DNA of 64,000 nt, taken from NCBI RefSeq assembly GCF_009914755.1, contig NC_060925.1. One strand, 5' to 3'. Positions 36,911 through 51,695 of the stretch are shown here, piece by piece. The translations under genes and the position numbers were made by a program. The DNA comes from the human T2T-CHM13v2.0 reference genome, Homo sapiens. The notes under the pieces are model-generated. The model had not been told where the DNA came from. It searched no databases and saw only the letters and a program-made list of their open reading frames with translations. Position 1 is the stretch's first letter. Every line of letters starts with the position of its first letter.

Positions 36911-39900
36911 AGAGGGTTCAGTAAGGCTGTGTAAGAAACAATGGATTTAAATTGCAGGAATGCATTTTCCAAGTCATGCATTATTCTTTAAATATGGTTG
37001 CTTCATGTCTGTATATAATATTTATCTTGCAGGCTGTGTTCAAGGAGTTTTATAAAAACCTAAATCATTATACAGTTCTAAAATACTAAAATTTTAATTA
37101 CATCATTACTGCTGTGTCCCCAGCCCTATGGCAAGCACTGTAAAGTTTGCAAAAGCACTGTGAATGCTGCCTTGAAGACCTTAGACATTGGGAAGGTAAA
37201 GACAAGATACTACAGGATACATAAGGCAGACAATGCAAGGCAACAGAGAGTTAAATGTTGCTGTTGATTTTCTTCACTGTCCATTGATCCAGGCTAAAGC
37301 TGATATCCCTTGCACAGACTTCTGCATCAGAGGGCCTGGGATGCTATCCAGGGTCCTCTGTTGTCTGGTCCTAGGTAGAAACCACAAATATTAGGTGTGG
37401 GCCTGTTATTGGCCTGAGACTCATAACGCAGTTGCCCAAGGATTTCTTGTGACCCATCTTAAGAAGCAGGAGCCCCAACTGTTCTACTGTATGGGATGCT
37501 TTGAAGGAGGCTATAAAAACAAAGATGAAAGAAAGGATTGACTCTTCAGTTCATCTGATGTCCCCTAGTAACATCACAGGTACTGCTTAGATAACAATTA
37601 CTAAAGAATGTATTTTTTCTTACATAAAAATTATTTTAGAGTAAAGGAGTAAGATACCTCATCTTCCATAAGTATTTGGAATACTTTAAAATACTATAAG
37701 TATTTGAAAACTCATGAGCCTGTGTTGGACACGTATCATGTGCCAGTTTATTTACTATTTGTAGGTCTGAAAGGGCAATTAAGCCCCTCAATCACTTTAA
37801 AATATATATGAAAACAGACACAGAAAATTTAATCATCTACTCCGGAAAGCTACCTATGCTGCTGCAAGGCTGGAGGAGTGTTGAATGGATCATGGGCTTG
37901 GGGCATGTAGGGGATGGAAGTGGAGGGGAGACTGGTGCCAATATACCCAAATATAAGCCCTAGGAGTGTCCAGTTATTTTTCCCCTTTAGGTGATGAGAT
38001 GTCTTATAGCGTGTGCTCCAAAAGAAAAGTGACTCCATCCAAATCTTCTCTAAGTTTTGCAGATACTTGCTTAAAAAAAAAAAACTTGTCTCACAGAGCC
38101 TAACTGCTTTTGGCGAGAAAGTTTAATGCTCAGAGGAGCTGCATCAACTCTCTGGTGGCTGATGTCTTTTTCAGGGTATCTAAATAGGTAATTATGAAGT
38201 GGTAGCCAAAGGGCCAGGAGCTCATGTTACTTCCCAAAATGCCAAAATCATCCCAGAAAATACCTTAGGTGTTCAGAATATTGAACCCAATGCAGAAATA
38301 CATTTATAAAGCAAACTGAAAAAAAGAAATTAGTATTTTTTTGAAAGAAAGAAAAGGAAAATATCAAAAAGTACACTCAAGTAGAATAATTTTTAACTTA
38401 ATAAACAATGCACATCATAAAGTATGTATTTATTTAGTAAACACCAAGTACACCACAACATCAGTTACAAAAATCACCACCTTGGTCTTGCAAGTGAATA
38501 ATAAATACAGTGCCTTAAAATATCTGGCTGCCAAGATAGATAAAAGAGCAAAGAAGTCAGCACATACTGACCTCAAACTCTGCAGCCTTCCCCTGCCTCT
38601 GGAGGAGAAGGCACACTGGATGCTGAGTGATTAGGCCTTGGAGATAGCTGCAGCACTCTGAGGCACTGAATAATGGATAGCCTGAGAAGCCCTTGGTGGA
38701 GGCTGCAAAACTGCCACAGGGGGAGGGGAGGATGCCCAAGAACCTTAAAGGTCTTGCAGTGACCGGGGGAAAAACCAGAGAAGAGATTGGCAATAAATCT
38801 TTCAATGCCTAAGAAAACAGGCTACCAGATTTTTTTTTAAAAAGTATGCATTTTAGCCAGAAGAGCATTTGTTCTCTTGTTATCATAGCCACTCATTTGA
38901 AATAAATGTATGAATGCTATATTAGATCCAGTCTGAGAAAGACAGACCAAAATTATCTATTCAAAACCATTAGTTGTTTAACCCTGGCTTGCAGATTAGC
39001 ACAAATTAATTGACAGAACACATTTTGCCGGGAATTTTCAGAAGGCTTTCCAAATGGTTAAACTGAGACACATTATTGATCATCAAGAGTTCCTAATGCA
39101 AAGGAAGGAATGCTGAGGTGGCACTACTGTCTACAATAGGTTGCAGTTTACAGCGATAAACTTCCTTTCTGCTATCAAGCCTTCAGCATGCAGTTCACTG
39201 TGCAGCCATTATCTTCCCATGCTGACACATGTAATCTAACATTCTCACTTTGCCACAGTCAGAGCAATGGCTTGACAATTTGATTACAGTTTCCTGTCAG
39301 CTCGTGCACGGAATATTTCTGAGAGCTTTCAGCAATTGCTAAATATTTTGATTTTGAAATGATAGTAATCCATGAAGAAAAAGTCTTCAAAATACTGATT
39401 TCTGATAACAAATCAAGATCTGCATAAAGGAAATTACTTTAAATGTCTGTGAATAAGTAGGTGTCAGAGGGCAGAAGGGTGCAGGTTCAGTAATTGTAGA
39501 AATTACCGAAAGAAGCAGAGCTTGTGACAAAAGAGCCACCATCAGTGTCCAATGGTCTGGTGGAGATAACTGAACTACTACTTTAGTAGTTCAGTATATA
39601 ACAGGTTTGTCAATGTAGTTTCAAAAACACTAGTCCTCCTTCAAATAACCAAATGTTATTGTGCACATACATCAGTAGAAATTTTGTAGGGAAGGGAAAT
39701 GAAGACTGAAACTTTGTCATTTAGAAAGCAAATTATCTCTATTTTATAAATAGTAGTGGGTGTGTAATTGTGTAATTAAATAATTTAACCTCAAATGTTA
39801 AAGGTCATATCTATATGTGAGCATTTTGGTTCCTTAATACAGCATGGAGTAAGACTTTTTCACTATATAAGTTAGATGGCTCTCTGTGACCCCCCCAATA

Positions 39901-40534
39901 GAGATGTGAAATAGGATTTGTCTGTAATTATCGACTTTTTCTCTCGAAATGAGAATATGCCAAGAAAGACCTCCACATTCTTTACTATTTCCTCAGAAAT
40001 CAGTCATTCAAAATAGTTACTACCAGCTTTTACGAACTTCTACAGGAAGGTAGTTTTTCACAGAATAAGATGAAACTAAAATTATTTTCACAAATGAGTA
40101 AGATAAAAATAAGCAGAGGATCACACCAAAAAAATTATGGAATTTTAAATGGAGTAAACTATTCTAAAATGAGAATCTATTACTATAGTTCTGGAGCTAA
40201 AGGTAATTTATGGGTAGACCAGTAAAACATGTGTACCTCAATAATGCAATCAATCATTTTCTCTGAAATCTAGTCATTCAGCAATGTAATACTCTAGCAT
40301 GAATTTAGATTTTTTAAAGCTGCTATTAGTCAAATAGCTTTTAATGACTTCAACTTTTAGACAACAGTTGGGGTTATTAAATCTACAATTTGTCCTATAT
40401 TTCTTCTTAAACAGACATGAAACTATACATGCTGGCATTGCTTATATTCAGAACAAGGAAGGTAAGTGGTTATAGCACCTGGGCTTTGAACACATGAATT
40501 ACTCAGGAAAAAGGTTCTGCTGCTGACATTTCTT

Positions 40535-41012
40535 TTCATTTTTGTACGGTATAATTTATATACAGTAAAATTCACTCTTTTTAGTGTACTCCTCTGTGAG
40601 TTTTGACAAACACATTACAGCCACATAACCATAGTCAAAATACAGAACAGTTCAGTAATCCGCACAAATCTCCTTCCCCTCTTGTAAGAAACATTTCTCA
40701 CAGCCTCAGCCCCTAGGAACCACTATCTGTTTTCCATCCCAATAGTTTTGTCTTTTTCAGAATGTCTTATAATTGGAATTGTTCAGTATCTAGCATTTTA
40801 GTCTTGTTTCTTTCACATAGAAAAATGTGATTGAGATCCATCTACATTGCTGTATATATCAGCAGTACATTCTCTTTATTGCTGAGTAGAATTTAATTAT
40901 ATGGATGTATCTCAGTGTGTATTAATTACTAATCCAATGATGACTGATAGTTACTAATATAGCAAATATAAACATTCACATACAAGTTTTTGCATGAACA
41001 TAAGGTTTCATT
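40535..41012 (-). mobile_element. L1MD/L1ME-type 3' end
   Basis: ataatttatatacagtaaaattcactctttttagtgtac, gagttttgacaaac, aaccactatctgttttccatc, ttattgctgagtag. Confidence 0.82.
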
Positions 41013-41659
41013 CAGTCAGAATGGCTATTATTAAAAAGTCAAGAAGCAATAGATGCCGGCAAAGTTGCAGAGAAAAAGAACACTTTTACACTGTTGGTGA
41101 AAGTGTAAATTAGTTCAATCATTGTGGAAGACAGTGTGGTGATTCCTTAAAGACCTAGAGGCAAAAATATGATTTGACCCAGCAATCCCATTACTGGTTA
41201 TATACCAAACAGTCACAATAGCAAATACGTGGAATCAACCTAAATGTCCATCAGTGTTAGGCTGGATAAAGAAAAGTGGTACATATACACCATAGAATAC
41301 TATGCAGCCATAAAAAGGAATGAGATCCTGTCGTTTGCAGGGACATGAGTGGAGTTGGAAGCCATTATCCTCAGCAAACTAACACAGGAACAGAAAACCA
41401 AACATCACATGTTCTCACTTATAAGTGGGAGCTAAATGATGAGAACACATGGACACATGGTGGGGAACAACACACACTGGGGCCTGTCAGCAGGGTAGGG
41501 GAAGGGAGATTACCAGGAAGAATAGCTGACAGAAGCTGGGCTTAATACCTAGATGATGGGATGATCTGTGCAGCAAACCACCATGGCACACGTTTACCTA
41601 TGTAACAAACCTGCACATCCTGCACCTGTACCCCTGAGCTTAAAAGTTGAAGAAAAAAA
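41013..41659 (+). mobile_element. 5'-truncated L1 3' end (L1PA15/16-like)
   Basis: cagtcagaatggctattattaaaaagtc...gctgggcttaatacctagatgatgggatgatctgtgcagcaaaccaccatggcacacgtttacc; small internal deletion near 41210. Confidence 0.88.
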
Positions 41660-41672
41660 TATGGTTGCTTTC

Positions 41673-44600
41673 AGGAAAGGATTCTGGAAAGATGGAAAAG
41701 TAGGAAACAGGAATATGTCTCCTCACCTAGACAACAATAGAATCTGTCCAATATAACTATTTTGGAACTATGGAGTCTGTTGAAGGCTTACAACTTCCAG
41801 GGAAAGGCTTGAGTAGTAAATTGCAGTTAATTTCAGCTCTTAAGACAATAGCAGCTACCCAGCTCCTACTCCTACCTCTGCAGCAAGCAGCTGTGTATGT
41901 GCTTCTGGAACAACCTTCACACACCTTTCAGGAGACCAAGTCTTCCAAAGGATGCTGTCTTCTGATACTGGTAATCTGTGCTCTCATCTGTGATTGCTGC
42001 TTTTGATCATAGAGGTATGGTCAGAGAAGAAAGCAGGCATTTTTGTTGCATATATTCCCATTGTTAGTAAGCTGTTCCTCCTCAAGATGGAGTGACTTTC
42101 AGGGAATGTAAAGGGCCAGTGTGCTCTTTCTCACCCATTTTCCCTTGTTGGGGCCCAGACATTAACAACAACAGTCAAAAGCCACTGCACAAATGAGTAA
42201 AATTAGAAAGTGACCACACATGCCCAGGGAAAGGTGTAAGCTCAGAAATACCCTAACTAAATCTTTACTTTACATCTCCAGCTGATCCTTGGCATGTATA
42301 CAGCCTATAACAATAAAAGAAAATAAAAACAATAACAAAAAACAGCCAGCCTTAGAGATGATTCCTAGAGTTACAACATTATTAGATTCAAATATCTAGT
42401 TCTCAAGAAAAAATTACAAGATATACAAAGAAACAGAAAATATGGCTCATGCAGAAGGAAAAAATAAAGCAACAGAAACTGTCCTTGAAAAAATATGGTG
42501 GTAGATCCACAAAAAGCTAAAGGAAAATGTAGAGAAAGTGAGGAAAGCAATGTATCAATAAAATGCAAATATTGATTAAAAAGATAGAAAACCTAAAAGG
42601 AAACCAGAAAGAAATTCTTGAGCTGAAAAGAACAAAAGTGAAATGATAAAATCACTACAGATATTCACAAGCAGAATTAAGAAGGGAGAAGAAAGGATCA
42701 GTGAACTTAAAAATAACAATGGAAATTATCAAGTCTGAGAAAAAACAGAAAACAGAAAGAAAAAGGATTGAAGAAAAGTGGTCAGAACCTACGAGATCTA
42801 AGGAATAGTGAGACACTATCAGGCAGGCCAGCATACATGTGGTGGGAGTTCCAGAAGTAGAAGAGAGTGAAAATGGAGTAGAGAATGTTTGAAGACATAT
42901 CGGAACAAAACTTTCCAAATTTGATGAGACATGAATAGAAACATCCAAGAAGGTCAACAAACTCTAAGTAAGATTAACTCAAAGAGACTCACATCAAGAC
43001 ATATCACAATATAACTTTAAAAGCCAGAGACACAGAGAGAATCTTGAAAGCAGCAAGAGAGAAGTGATTGTCACAAGTAAGAAAATCTCAATAAGACCAT
43101 CAGCAGATTTTTCCTCAAAACTTAATGGGACAAAGGCAATGGGACAATATATTCAAAGTGCTAAAAGAAAAAAAAACTAAGAATCCTATATCTGGTAAAA
43201 TTCTTCTTTAAAAGTAGGAGATAAATTAAGATATTCCTAGATGAACAAAAGCTGAGAGATTTCAATATCTACTCTGTCTGCCCTGCAAGAAATGATCAAA
43301 GGAGTCTTTCAAGATGAAGTGAAAGGATGATAGACAGTAACTCAATAATTCAAAGCCATATGGAAAAATAAAGACCTCAGTAAAGGTAAATACGTGGGCA
43401 ATTATAAAAGCTAGTACCATTGTAACATTGATTTTAATTTCACATGCTGTTTTCTACATTATTTAATAGATTGATGCATTTAAAAGAAGTATGAGTTTGT
43501 GTTTAGAAGCATACGATGTATAAAGATATAATTTTGTGATATCAGCAACTGAAAGGGGTGAAGATAGAGCTGTTTAACAAGCAGAATTTGTGTATGTTGT
43601 TGATGTTGAGCTGCTATAAATTCAAATTAGGATGCTATAACTTTACATTGTTAAATATAACTCTCATCATAAACAAAGAAAATAGCTATAGAACATACAT
43701 AAAAAATAAGAAAGAAATTTAAATGTTTTACTATAAAAAAATCAACTAAACAATATAGGAATGCAGGAAATGAGAGATGAAAAGCTATAAGGCGTATAGA
43801 AAACAAAAGGCAGAATGATAGAAGTAAGTCTTTCTTTATTAGCAGTTATTTTAAAGGTAAATGGTTTGAAGTCTCTAATCAGAAGTTGTAGATTGGCAGA
43901 ATGAATTAAAAACATGACCAAACTATATGCTGTCTACGAGAATCTCACTTTGGAACCAAAGACACAAAAACATTGAAAGTAAAAGGATGGAAAAAGATGT
44001 ACAAATAGTTCTCAAAAGAGAGCAAGGGTGACTATTACTAATATCAGATAAAATAGACTTAAATTTCAAAAGTTTACAAGAGACAAGGTAATTATATATA
44101 AATAAAAGATTTAATATAGCAAAAAGATATAAAATGAGAAACATTATTACACCTAGTAAGAGACCATCAAAATACATAAAACAGAAACTGATAGAATTGA
44201 AGAGAGAAATAGACATTTCTCTCAAAATAGTTGTACTGTTTTCAGTACTCTGTTCTCAATAACGATGTAACAGACATAATATAAGTAAGGAAACAGAAGA
44301 TTTAAGCAACTCAATAAATCCACTAGATTTACAAAGTAGATACAGAGCATTCTACCCAAGAAAAATAACACACACATTATTTTCCAGTGTGCTTGAGACA
44401 TTTTCCAGAACAGACCACACATTAGGCCACAACTTAGTCTCAATAGATTTTGAAAGATAGATATCATACAAATTATCTTCTCTGACAACAACTGGATAAA
44501 GATAGACATCAGTAACAGAAATAAAACTGAAAAACTGACAAATGTGTGGAGGTTAACAACACATTCTTAAACAATCAATGGATCCAAAAACCAGTCACAG

Positions 44601-46194
44601 GAAAATTAAAAATACAGACAAGTGAAAATGAAAACACAGCATAAGAGAAATAATAAAAAGCAACAAAAGCAGGACAAAGAGGAAAATTTATAGCTATAAA
44701 CTCAATAAAAAAAAATGATAGCAAATCAACACCTAACTTTACAACTTAAGGAACTGCAAAAATAAGAACAAACTAAAGGCTAAGCTAGCTTAAGTAAGGA
44801 AATAATAAAGATTAGAGCACAGATAAAACAGATAAATAATAGAGAAACAGTAGAGAAAATCAATAAAAGTCAAAACTGGTTCTTTAAGAGATCAACAAAA
44901 GTTTCACACTTAGATGAGCTAAAAAAAGAGAAAAGACTCAAATTACTAAAATCAAAAATAAAAGTGGGGACATTACAACAGATTCTACAGAAATAAAAAG
45001 GATTATAAAAGAGTACTACAAACAATTGTATGGCAAAAATTGTATAACTTAGATGAGATGGACAAAGTCCTAGAAACACACAATCTACCCAGGCCAAATT
45101 ATAAAATATTAAAAATCAGAATATACCTATAACTAGTAAAGAGATTGAACTAGTGATCAAAAGCCTCCCAATAAAAAAAGCCTGGGATATGATGGCTTCA
45201 CGGATAATTTTATCAACCACTTAATGAATATCTAACACCAATTTTCCAAACTTTTCCACAAAATTGAAGAGGGGGAAACACTTCCTAATTCATTCTATGA
45301 GCCAATACCTTCTTGATACCAAAGCCACACAAAGATACTACAAGAAAACTACAAACCAATATTCCCTATAATAATTGGTGCAAAAATCCTCAACAAAATA
45401 TCAGCAAACCTAATTCAGCAACACATTAACAGAATTGTACCCGAGGATCAAGTGGGATTTATTCCTGGAATGCAAAAAGGGTTCAACATATGAAAATCAA
45501 TCTACATAATACACCATATTAACAGAATGAAAGACAGAAACTATATAATTATCTCCATTGATGCAGAAAGAACATTTGGCAAAAAAAAAAAAAAAAGCAC
45601 TCTTTTATGATGAAAAAAAACTCAACAAATTAGGAATAGAAGGAAACTATCTCAACCCACTAAATGCCAGATATGAGAAGCCCACAGCAAACAAAGCTGT
45701 GTTATATATGTATTTATATATGTATATATACATGTGTGTATATATATGTGTGCATATATATGTATATATGTATATATACGTATATATATACACACACACA
45801 CACATATTTTATATATATATAATTCAGCCTTAGGAAAAAAGGAAATTCTGACATATGCTGCAACATGAATGAAGTTTGTGGACATGATGCTAACTGAAAT
45901 AAGCCAGTCACAAAAAAGACAAGTACTAGACAATCCCCTTTAGAGGAGGTACTTCAAGATTACAGAGACTCAAAGTAGAATGGTAGTTTTTACGGGCTGG
46001 TGGCAGAAGGGAATTGGGCTTTATTAGTTAATGGGTATAAAGTTCCAGCTTTGGCAAGATAAAAAGAGTTATAGAAACTGATGGTGATGATAGTTGTACA
46101 TTATGAATGTATTTAATACCAGTGAACTGTACACTTAAAATTATCAATATGGTACATTTTGTTATGCATATGTTATCAGAATAATAAAGAAAAA
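41673..46194 (+). mobile_element. L1MB-type element with both ends but ~1.7 kb of ORF2 deleted
   Basis: 5' end ttctggaaagatgg; ORF1 remnant ~42440-43330; long inter-ORF; ORF2 remnant ~43815-45690; L1MB 3' end (gaaataagccagtcacaaaaaagacaa, gaactgtacacttaaaa). Confidence 0.82.
45703..45821. repeat. (TA)n/(TATG)n/(CA)n compound microsatellite
   Basis: Read directly. Confidence 0.95.
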
Positions 46195-46380
46195 GTGGCT
46201 GGTCTCTTCCCTAAAGAAGTACACATTTTAACATAGGACAAGAAGAAATAGAAAATTGTAGCACAATGTGATATGAGGATTAAGATTAAGGCAGTCACCA
46301 GCTGCACTAGGAGTGTAAACAGAACGCTTAATACAAAATGATAAAACCTAGTCACCCCTTATAAGAAAAGAGATAAAATT

Positions 46381-47480
<1,100 letters not shown>

Positions 47481-49814
47481 TAAGGAGACAATTAGTCATA
47501 AAGTCATCTAAATACCATAGTCTGCTTGTCTTGTCACTGACAATACCACCAATCAGAAGAGGGGTGATAGCTAACATGAAAATTTCAATCACTTACTAGC
47601 AGGCTCTGAACTCTCTGGGTGTGGCTTTGCTATTTCTGTCAGACCTGGCTGTGGTTAACTGAACAATTTCAGAACATTTTTTTTTCTCCTCTGTATTTCA
47701 ATTCAGAATTTTAAAAGTAGATCAGGGATATTTAAAAACAATTGCCTTCTTAAGTTTCTTAAGAAACTTAAATTGTAGTGAAAGTTCTCTCAAATCCTCT
47801 GATCTGTTTCATAAAGCAGTAAGACTAAAATTTATTTTGAAGATGCTCTATATAGATGTATAACTACCCATAATTCAGTTCTGGGATTCTTTTTTCTCTT
47901 ATGCTACCATATATTTTTCTCCTTACCACCAACACCCCTCCCCATACACATATCCTTAGCTGGTGACATTGCCTGAGGATCGCCAAAAAGCACAACAACA
48001 CCAATTGATATAATTTCCCTACTCCTATGTATACAGTTATCTACATGAATATAGCCATGATGCAAAGCCATAATTGTGAAACATTTGAGATCATAAGTGT
48101 GTTTGTTTATCTACAGATTCTTTTACCTGAAGATTCCGTGTCCATAATTGTAGTATATCTCAACATGTAATAAATAATTGCTAAATTTTTATTCACTTTA
48201 TTCATTAGATCACTGCCATTTTAGGACAAAGAAAGAGTTGAAGAGAAGAGAGACATGACCCCTCTTTAGGCACCTTTCTTTGAACATTTTTGCACCCGTG
48301 GTTTCATCCTTGCCAGAAACTGGAATTTCCTCCTTGCCCTGGTCTCCTGTCCAAATCATTCATGAATTCCCCAAGTCCAGCCCAAATTGTACAGTTTCTC
48401 TGAAGCCTTCCCAGATTAGGCCATCCCAATACATTAATAGATGCATTCAGTCAGTCAGCAGGCATTTAGGGAGCACCTGTTATCATGATTGAAAACCTAA
48501 ACCCTTCATCAACCTCCAGTGCTCACTCACTCTCCTTTTGGCTCCTAAAAGCCTCTTCTCTACTGCGCATTTGACTTTTAACCTTCCCTTGTCTTGTCGA
48601 GTTGATTAACTTTTCAAACGCATGTGCCATATTTTCACATTTAAGTTTTTGGTTTCTTGAAGACGTTTCTCACAGCCAAAAGGTAGGAGGCAGAAGTGAT
48701 TTTTGTAAAGCTACTTTTAAATTTAAAGAAACATATTTTATTATGAGATTATCTCCTTCTTCCTCTTTTATGTTTAAATATATTTTCTCTTTTAAATGCA
48801 CTCGGTGGCCAAAATAAAACAGTTGGCAATTCTCTGTCAGATTCTCAATTTTTCTTAAAGATTGTAAAATGTATGAGCCTTTAAAACACTGATAAAAATG
48901 GTCCCAATATATCTCTTTTCATTCTAAATAGCTATCAGAGTATCTCACACACAGGGAGGCTCAACAAATATCTTAACTAGTTTAATCATTTTTCTATCTG
49001 TGAATAATTCTTACCAGAAATCAAACCCCCAGTCTTTACTTTGTTTTTTCCTAGTTCTAACGACTTAGTAAGTGACCAAAGTATATGTTTGCCTGGGGAT
49101 CTTATAGTGTGAATCAGTGTATTTCCACCATAGTCATAAACTCAAATGTCCTCAGATCCAAGTACATGCACTCAGAAATGGAAAGGGAGAGAGAGAGAAA
49201 ATTTAACAGAATGACTGTTTCACTTGTCAGTCCACTCACTGAGCATATGCCCAAGAGTGAGCACGGCGTGGAAAAATGGGACGCTGTCTTTTCCTCTGTT
49301 GAGTTCACCTCCCACACACCTCTCTTAGTGATCATCTCACTGCAGTTATGAGTATTCTAGTCTTTAGAGATATGTATTGCACATAATAATATCATACCTA
49401 AATTCAATGCAGTTACATTATCTAGTGCTCCACTGAAAAAGGGAAAAATAATCTATCTGTTCCAAAGCTGGAGGGAAAAACTGGCTGTCCTGGACTTACT
49501 GAGAGATGCATATCAGTTTTGCAATACTTCCTAAGAGCATTTCAAGGGTAAGTTTACCCAAACATTTGCCTTACCTGCTGACTCTAGACATCATCCCCAC
49601 TTTTGACGTCACTCCACTGCATGATACTCCAGTCTACCCTGGAAAGACTCTTTCTGACTTTGACATTTCATATACCATATGTAGGGTGCGGTCTATTCAC
49701 AAATGATGGTAGAAAACATCTCAATCACCTGCCATCATTTTAAGGTTTTTAGAGAACTATTATAAATAGCACACACATTAAAAGAAAAATCCCAAATAAG
49801 GAAACACTTTAACA

Positions 49815-50125
49815 TAAGGGCCACATACATAGGTGCCAACAGGAGCCTACCAGGTAAGGAAACAAGTGAAGAATCCTGGACTTAAGACTATGTTAGGGAA
49901 AGGGGAGGCCAAGAGAGACATGGAGCAGGGGGCCCACTCGGCTCCAACCTCCTGTTTCCATGCAGAAATGTGGGCCAAGTATTGCCAAATACTCCAATTG
50001 TTTTTTCAAGAAAAGCTGTAAATCCGGATTTATGTATAAAAGGCTGAAAAGACATTTATAAAATATTAGAGAATTCTCCGGGTCAAGAGCCAAAGGGCCT
50101 AACAAGATCCATAAGCCTGACTTAT
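49815..50125. mobile_element. hAT-Charlie MITE remnant (MER103-like)
   Basis: tgcagaaatgtgggccaagtattgccaaatact...ttttcaagaaaagctgtaaatccggatttatgt resembles my recollection of that consensus. Confidence 0.45.
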
Positions 50126-51446
50126 CTCAGTGACCTTTGTTTTCAATCTCTACACTATCATATCCTTATCACAAATGACTGGCTTTTTAAAAAATAAAAA
50201 TATAAGTATCTGAACTCCTTTGGTGTTTAATTCGTGTTTTGCAAATTTTATGACATGTAGTATCAGTTTTATACCTAGAGGACAATATGGCATTTTGTTG
50301 AATCATGAAAAAAATACAACTTTTAGCTTGCTTGAGAGAAAGTATTAAACACCTCCTCATGTATGAGGACATCTTAGCAAGATGCTAAGTCTGTGCCTGA
50401 GGTTCTTTCTTTCTTTTAATCAATGAGAAGTGTTTCCAGTTACCTGTTTAGCTAGGAGTTAAGAAATAAAATAAGTGAAATAGTTCCCTATACTTGAAAG
50501 ACAAATTGGATTTATTCTTCATGGGACCACAGTACTAGTTTATCATCATACACACCAGTAAACACAGTTTGATGATTTTCTATCTTAGGAAAAAAAAAAA
50601 TCCCTATAGCTCCGAAATCAAGACTTCCATATGAAACAGGAAATTCTCATCAAAAGATGCATTTCTGAGAGAGGAAGTCAGAGCTCTGGCAATACAGTTG
50701 TTAGCAAAGATTCATCAGACTTTAATATTCACAGCATCCAAAGCCATAGCTTAGAAGTTGAACCCTTACATCATTATTCTATACATACCAAACCTATTTG
50801 CTCGTTTCTGTAATCGTTCATGGAGCACAGAAACCATCAGAAAGGAATAAGTCCAGGAAGACAAATTGTGCTTCTTATGACTATAAGAGATGTAGTGCTC
50901 AGTAGAGTGACATTACTTTTCCAGCAAAATAAATCAGAGAACCTCCCCCAAATATTTCAAACCTCAAATCATGAATGTTGTTTACATTTCTTGTTGGTTT
51001 CTAGTTTTACATCCAACGTACGGTGGGGAAAAAATATCCAAATCCATTTCTGAAATGAAAGGCAAAAGATGTTTTAAAGTTTGATCTGCCCAAGTAGTCT
51101 GGTACTAGAGATTGTAAATCCACCTGCTGTAGAGTCAGTCTTTCTGATGAGCTACACACAAAATAGTTCAATTAAAACTATCCTTTCATCTAGTTATTAA
51201 AACTGCATATTAGAGAAAAAATGTAAAATCTAATATGAGTTTAAAGATAGAAAACTTCTCATGTAGTTGGAATGAACTCTCATGAATAAAGGGACAGAAG
51301 GTGTAGCATCAATCAAATTGGTATAACTCAGTGGGTGACAGTAAATATCTAGCTATCACTGCCTTCCCAAAATAAAACAGCAGAAATGACCATTTTTGCT
51401 TATAAGAAATGAGGAGAGATTACTGATATTAACTAATCTTGGGTTT

Positions 51447-51695
51447 GTTTGCTTTTGTTTGGTGGTTGTTGTTGTTGTTGTTGTCGTTTTTAGACAGGGT
51501 CTGTCTTTGTTGCCCTGCCCAGGCTAGAGTGCAGTGGTAGGATCACAACTTGCTGCAGCCTCGATCTTCCAGGTTCAAGTGTTCCTCCCCGCTCAGCCTT
51601 TTGAGTAGCAGGGACTATAGGCACCCACCACCATGCACCTGTCTAATTTTTCTATTTTTTGTAGAGACAGGGTTTTATCATGTTGTCTAGGCTGG
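51447..51695 (-). mobile_element. 5'-truncated AluJ with (CAA)n tail
   Basis: gagtgcagtggtaggatcacaacttgctgcagcctcgatc (J-type); TSD taatc(t/a)tgg(g/t)ttt at 51434-51446 and 51696-51708. Confidence 0.88.

Noticed and set aside
45558-45933. Tyr/Ile-rich ORFs
   Set aside because: Translations of the TA/CA microsatellite.
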